DNA of 64,000 bases, taken from assembly GCA_965198065.1 (NCBI GenBank), contig CBDAON010000004.1, forward strand, positions 448,001-512,000. The letters are read 5' to 3'. The notes under the pieces are model-generated. The model was not told where the DNA came from. It searched no databases and saw only the letters and a list, made by a program, of their open reading frames with translations. Shown one piece after another: positions 59,913-64,000 of this stretch; within the stretch, counting starts at the first letter, position 1; the number at the start of each line of letters is the position of its first letter. This DNA comes from Longimicrobiales bacterium. Lineage in GTDB: Bacteria > Gemmatimonadota > Gemmatimonadetes > Longimicrobiales > Gaopeijiaceae. A program made the translations under genes and the position numbers.

Positions 59913-60968
59913 ATGAGCCGTTACCGAACGATGATCAAGATGTCCGCACTATTGGTGGGTCTGGTCTTGGCGTCGGGTTGCGGTGGCAGAGACAGCACCA
60001 CGGCGCCGGAGCCAGTGTCCGATCCGCCTCGTCCCACGACGATCGCGGTGAGCCCATTCGCGGCCGAGCTAACTGCGTTGGGTGAGACCGTACAGCTGAC
60101 AGCGGAGGTTCGGGACCAGAACGGTAGGGTGATGACTGGCGTGACCGTGACGTGGACCAGCAGCGACACATCGGTGGCCACCGTCTCCGAGGGCGTTGTG
60201 ACAGCCGTCCGAGGGGGCAACGCCACGATCACGGCAAGCTATGAGGAGCACACGGTCGAATCGATGATCTCTGTGTGGATTTCCACGCTCAGCGAGTGGT
60301 CGGTGCGTGTGCTGTATGTCGTGCCCGCGGACAAGGAGTTCCGCAATGACTACAGCGACGGCCTCTCCAGGGCGATCGTGGATGTCCAGGGGTGGTACCG
60401 CCGGCAGCTCGACGGCCTAACGTTCGACATCTACAGCGTCATACCGGAACAGTGTCACCTCCCCGGAAACGAGGAGTACTACAGCCGCGTCGACCCCTGG
60501 CAAAAGGTCCTGGACGATGTCCAGTCCTGCGCGCCGGTGGTGGCAGGGGTATCTGTGACCGATCTGATTCCGCGCGATGGGCCGCTCCCTGGCAGCTCCC
60601 GGTTTACATGGTTGCTCTATATCGACGTGGTCGAAGTCTGCGACGGACGCGAAGGCCAGGGGTTTGGGGCGGGGTGGGACGGCGTTGCCATGATGGGGAG
60701 CGGGGATCTGGAGGGTTTGTCGAATCCAGGGCCGTACTCCGCTTGTGATGGAGGACCGTGGGAAGGGACTCTTGGCCGCTGGATGGGGGGAACCGCCCAC
60801 GAACTCGGGCACACGTTCTTGGTGCCGCATCCGCCCGGATGTGAGGAAGGATTGCCAACGTGCGACTACCCAGCCCTGATGTGGGATGGGTATGGCAGCT
60901 ACCCGGACACCTATCTACGCGACGACGAGAAGGCGATTCTGCGGCGGTCGCCGTTCATCAAGCGTTGA
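59913..60968 (+). CDS. Lipoprotein with BIG2 domain and metzincin-like metalloprotease
   Basis: ASG-C lipobox, WTSSDTSVATVS, AHELGHTFLVPH, ALMW Met-turn. Confidence 0.82.
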   Translation: MSRYRTMIKMSALLVGLVLASGCGGRDSTTAPEPVSDPPRPTTIAVSPFAAELTALGETVQLTAEVRDQNGRVMTGVTVTWTSSDTSVATVSEGVVTAVRGGNATITASYEEHTVESMISVWISTLSEWSVRVLYVVPADKEFRNDYSDGLSRAIVDVQGWYRRQLDGLTFDIYSVIPEQCHLPGNEEYYSRVDPWQKVLDDVQSCAPVVAGVSVTDLIPRDGPLPGSSRFTWLLYIDVVEVCDGREGQGFGAGWDGVAMMGSGDLEGLSNPGPYSACDGGPWEGTLGRWMGGTAHELGHTFLVPHPPGCEEGLPTCDYPALMWDGYGSYPDTYLRDDEKAILRRSPFIKR

Positions 60969-61146
60969 TCGCCCGGGGGACTGGCGGGTGAGTGACGTCC
61001 TGACGCGGCTGGGGGCAACGTCAGACCAAGACTGTCGAGGTTCGCCGCAAGACCGGTCGCGGGAGCACGACGCCCGCATGGAAGGTTGTCCATGGATGGT
61101 GCGGATCGGAACAGACCGACCCTAGCACAGGAGAAGGGAAGAACAC
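60969..61146 (+). ncRNA. IS110 upstream non-coding region, candidate bridge RNA
   Basis: About 180 nt with four hairpins directly 5' of an IS110 transposase start. Confidence 0.45.
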
Positions 61147-61260
61147 ATGAGCACCATCCTTCGCACCGTCGGGATCGACATCTCCAAGGACTGGCTCGAC
61201 GCCTTCGCCGCGCCCGAGGGGAAAGCAGCCCGGTTCTCGAACGACAGCCACTCTAATTAG
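61147..61260 (+). pseudogene. IS110-family transposase N-terminal fragment
   Basis: MSTILRTVGIDISKDWLDA...FSND. Confidence 0.8.
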
Positions 61261-61280
61261 CTGTGCGGAGAAGAATCCCC

Positions 61281-63198
61281 ATGAGCCGTCGCCGGACCAT
61301 CGTGCGGCTGTCCGCGGTGCTGGCGGTTGCGGCCTTGGCCAAGGGGTGCGGGAACGGTGACAGCCCTAGCGCGCCTCCAACGCCAGAGCCCGCCCGCCCG
61401 ACGACGGTCGCGGTGAGCCCGGCCACCAACGAGCTGACTGCGTTCGGCGCTACGGTTCAGCTGAGCGCAGAGGTGCGTGACCAGAACGCCAGGGTCATGG
61501 GTGAGGCCACCGTGATCTGGACGAGTAGCGCCAACTCGGTGGCGACGGTGGATGCGTCGGGCCTCGTTACAGCTGTGGGCAATGGGACGGCAACGATCAC
61601 GACGGTCCGCCGGGTCGGCGTCAGGCTCTGCGGTGGTGACGGTGACGCAGTGGGTGGCCTCGGTGGAGGTGTCGCCGTCCGTGGACGAGCTGACTGCGTT
61701 GGGCGCGACCGTTCAGCTGGCGGCAGAGGCGTTCGACGCGAACGGGCATGCGGTGGCGGGAACCGAGTTTTCGTGGGAGTCCAGTGACGTTGCGGTGGCG
61801 ACAGTCGACGAATCGGGCCTCGTGACGGGAGTCTCCGAAGGGGTGGCGACGATTACGGCGAGGGCGGGCGATGCGTCAGGCTCCGCCGTGGTGAGTGTAA
61901 TGCAGCCCGTCGCCTCGGTGGAGGTGTCGCCGTCTGTGGAGACGATTGGGTTGGGCAGTACGCTGCAGTTGATGGCGGAGGGATTCGACGAGAACGGGGA
62001 TGCGGTGGCAGGCGTAGCGTTCTCGTGGGAGTCCAGCGACGTCGCGGTGGCGACGGTGAACGCTAGGGGTCTGGTGACGGGGGTCGCCGAAGGAGTGGCC
62101 ACGATTACGGCAAGCGCGGGTGAGGCGTCAGGCTCCGCGGTGGTCACGGTTCTGCCCACATTTACTCTATCTGGCACGGTGAGCGACAGCCGGAGAAACG
62201 GTCCAATGCTTGCCGGCGCGGTCGTGCGGCTCCAAAACGGCAGACAGGAATCCATGACGACCGGCCCCGACGGGCACTACCGTTTCCAGAACGTCTGGGG
62301 GACGGTTACGGTTACGGTGACCGCCGAGCCCAGCTACGTAGCGGAGACCGTCGAGGTTACTGTGGACGCGGACCGCACGGTCGTTTTCACCCTCGAGCAC
62401 ACGGGAATCCCGCCGTTCGCGGGGACTGTGTTCATCACGCCAAACATCCTCGATGCTTCGGACCCCACATCGCTCCGGAGCGTAGCGTATGCCGGACGCG
62501 GGGAGCGGATGATCTATGACAGGCGGCCCGATATGTGGATCACGGTCGACGCTTACCTTTTCGACGCGCAGTACGACGGACAGGTACTGGAGTTCCAGGT
62601 CAACCCGGAATTTGGCAGCGTGGAGGCAGCACAGACGGAAGTTGAGAAGTACGCGCCGGCGATCGGCCGGCTGCCGACCGTTCTTCTGTCGCGAGCCCTC
62701 GAAGTACAGATCAACGCCGGGGATGAGCTCTTCGGAGGCAACTCACGAGACAGAAGCTTCCTAATTCACACGGACCATGGGGAGAAACGCATCCGCGACG
62801 GCTTCCTGGAGGAAGTGCTTCTCCATGAAGCCGGGCATATCTCGCTGGATCCCGTGCATGCAAACGCCGCCAGATGGCGCGCGGCACAGCAGGCCGACGG
62901 CGTCTTCATTTCCGACTATTCCCGTGATTTTCCAGATAGAGAAGACGTCGCCGAGAGCATCTTAACTTACTTCGCTGTGCGGTACCGGCTCGAGCGGCTG
63001 AGCGAGCCCGACCGGGTTGCGATTCTTGCCGCCATACCGAATCGTCTGGTCTATTTCGACGAGCAGGGACTCGACATGTCGCCCTACGTGGCGACGGAAT
63101 CGATTGCCCCAGTCCTCGCAGTGACTCCGTTCCAGCCGCAGCCGCGGATCTGGCGATCTTTCGAAGGCCCCCGCGCGAGGCCAGGCCCCGGACGCTGA
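61281..63198 (+). pseudogene. Lipoprotein with 3x BIG2, carboxypeptidase-regulatory-like and zincin domains; frameshift near 61605
   Basis: AKG-C lipobox, three W.SS..VATV repeats, LSGTVSD, LHEAGH, EDVAES. Confidence 0.8.
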
Positions 63199-63795
63199 GA
63201 AGTACCATGGAGGTGCCGGGATCGGCGTCATCGCAGATTGCTACCCCACTTGGCGGTGAGATCGATTACCATCAGCCCGATTCGCTACTTTGGGACGATT
63301 TCTGGCGTCTCTACTGCCTCCAACGCCTTGCGATTACGGAGACGCAGAAGTTATTCGAGTCGGACTTCATGTCGCTGCCTCTGGACAGCTCCGCAATCTA
63401 CTCATGAACGCCGAGATCGACCCTTGTCAGGTCGCCGAGCCCGAAGTCGACCTCGGCATCGGAGCGTCGCGCCAAGGGCATGCCGCTGTGGGGCGAACCG
63501 GAGAAGCAGGAGGTATGGGCGCGCGCGCTCTGGTGCCACCTCCCTCATGGCTGCATAGCGGTGGGGGAGGTGTCCCGCGATCCCCCCGGTGTGTCGGGGT
63601 TCCAAGATAACGTGGAGACGGGCAGCTGACCCGGGGATACGAACTCGGATTCCCGCCATTTGTGGTGGTTTTCCCGCTATTTCAGTACTGTCAATTCAGA
63701 TATCGTCTAACGGCAAGGTCGGCAGATCGTGCAGTCCCAGTTTAACTTAGACGATTTCTTGCCGTGAATTACAACACCTGAGCCGTGCCGAGTGG

Positions 63796-63848
63796 ACCGA
63801 GATCGATCGGGACGAGGGTGTGTGGACTGTCCCGGCTAAGCGCATGAA
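63796..63848 (+). pseudogene. Continuation of the integrase interrupted at 4312
   Basis: TEIDRDEGVWTVPAKRM aligns with TEIDRGEGAWIIPARRT of the intact paralog. Confidence 0.75.
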
Positions 63849-63871
63849 CGACCGCGGTGTTGACGGAGGTA

Positions 63872-64000
63872 CGGGCCTCCCGAGTATCTGAGGTCGGACA
63901 ACGGACCGGAGTTCACCGCGAAGCCCGTGCGGCGGTGGTTGGGGCGCGTGGGCGTCGAGACGCTCTTTATCGAGCCGGGCAGCCCGTGGGAGAACGGCTA
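63872..64000 (+). mobile_element. IS3-family orfB fragment; runs off the right edge
   Basis: GPPEYLRSDNGPEFTAK...PGSPWENG; near-identical to 33160-33290. Confidence 0.88.

Larger units (their letters stand above)
4304..63795. mobile_element. Putative ~59.5-kb integrative conjugative element bounded by a 9-bp direct repeat GCCGAGTGG
   Basis: Repeat at 4304-4312 and 63787-63795. Removing the insert restores an in-frame integrase. Paired TTCCCGC motifs lie inside both ends; int sits next to the left end. Confidence 0.75.

Noticed and set aside
63207..63407. Stand-alone 66-aa gene
   Set aside because: Looks like a headless C-terminal remnant; family cannot be assigned by eye.
1..64000. CRISPR array, cas genes, rRNA or reverse transcriptase
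   Set aside because: No regularly spaced repeat-spacer units and no recognisable motifs of these families were seen.

Overview
High-GC accessory region with nested mobile elements and no core operons. The BIG2 and Calx-beta surface lipoproteins suggest a Gemmatimonadota-like, possibly host-associated bacterium, but that is inference only. Most of the window (4304-63795, about 59.5 kb) appears to be one integrative conjugative element. It is bounded by a 9-bp direct repeat (GCCGAGTGG) that splits a P4-type integrase gene in frame. Its left 17.7 kb is a compact backbone: a CI/Cro-like switch, alpA, virB2-3-4-9-10-5-6-8, an unknown gene, virD4, virB11, a small very acidic protein, ardC, a non-HUH relaxase candidate, xis and int. 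Cargo includes MazEF and HigBA toxin-antitoxin pairs, a type I R-M operon, a ColE1-like mbeCABD module with oriT, a DUF5131/TcmP pair, BIG2-metalloprotease lipoproteins, and many IS3, IS110 and integrase relics. The most novel item is a translationally coupled pair. A 675-aa unknown protein ends in a domain resembling archaeal/eukaryotic ribosomal protein eL13 (L13e), and is followed by a 1400-aa DUF1998 SF2 helicase. This is a candidate undescribed Druantia-like defence system. A tRNA-Leu 3' relic at 1133-1186 marks an outer island boundary. All calls come from reading motifs by eye; no searches were run.
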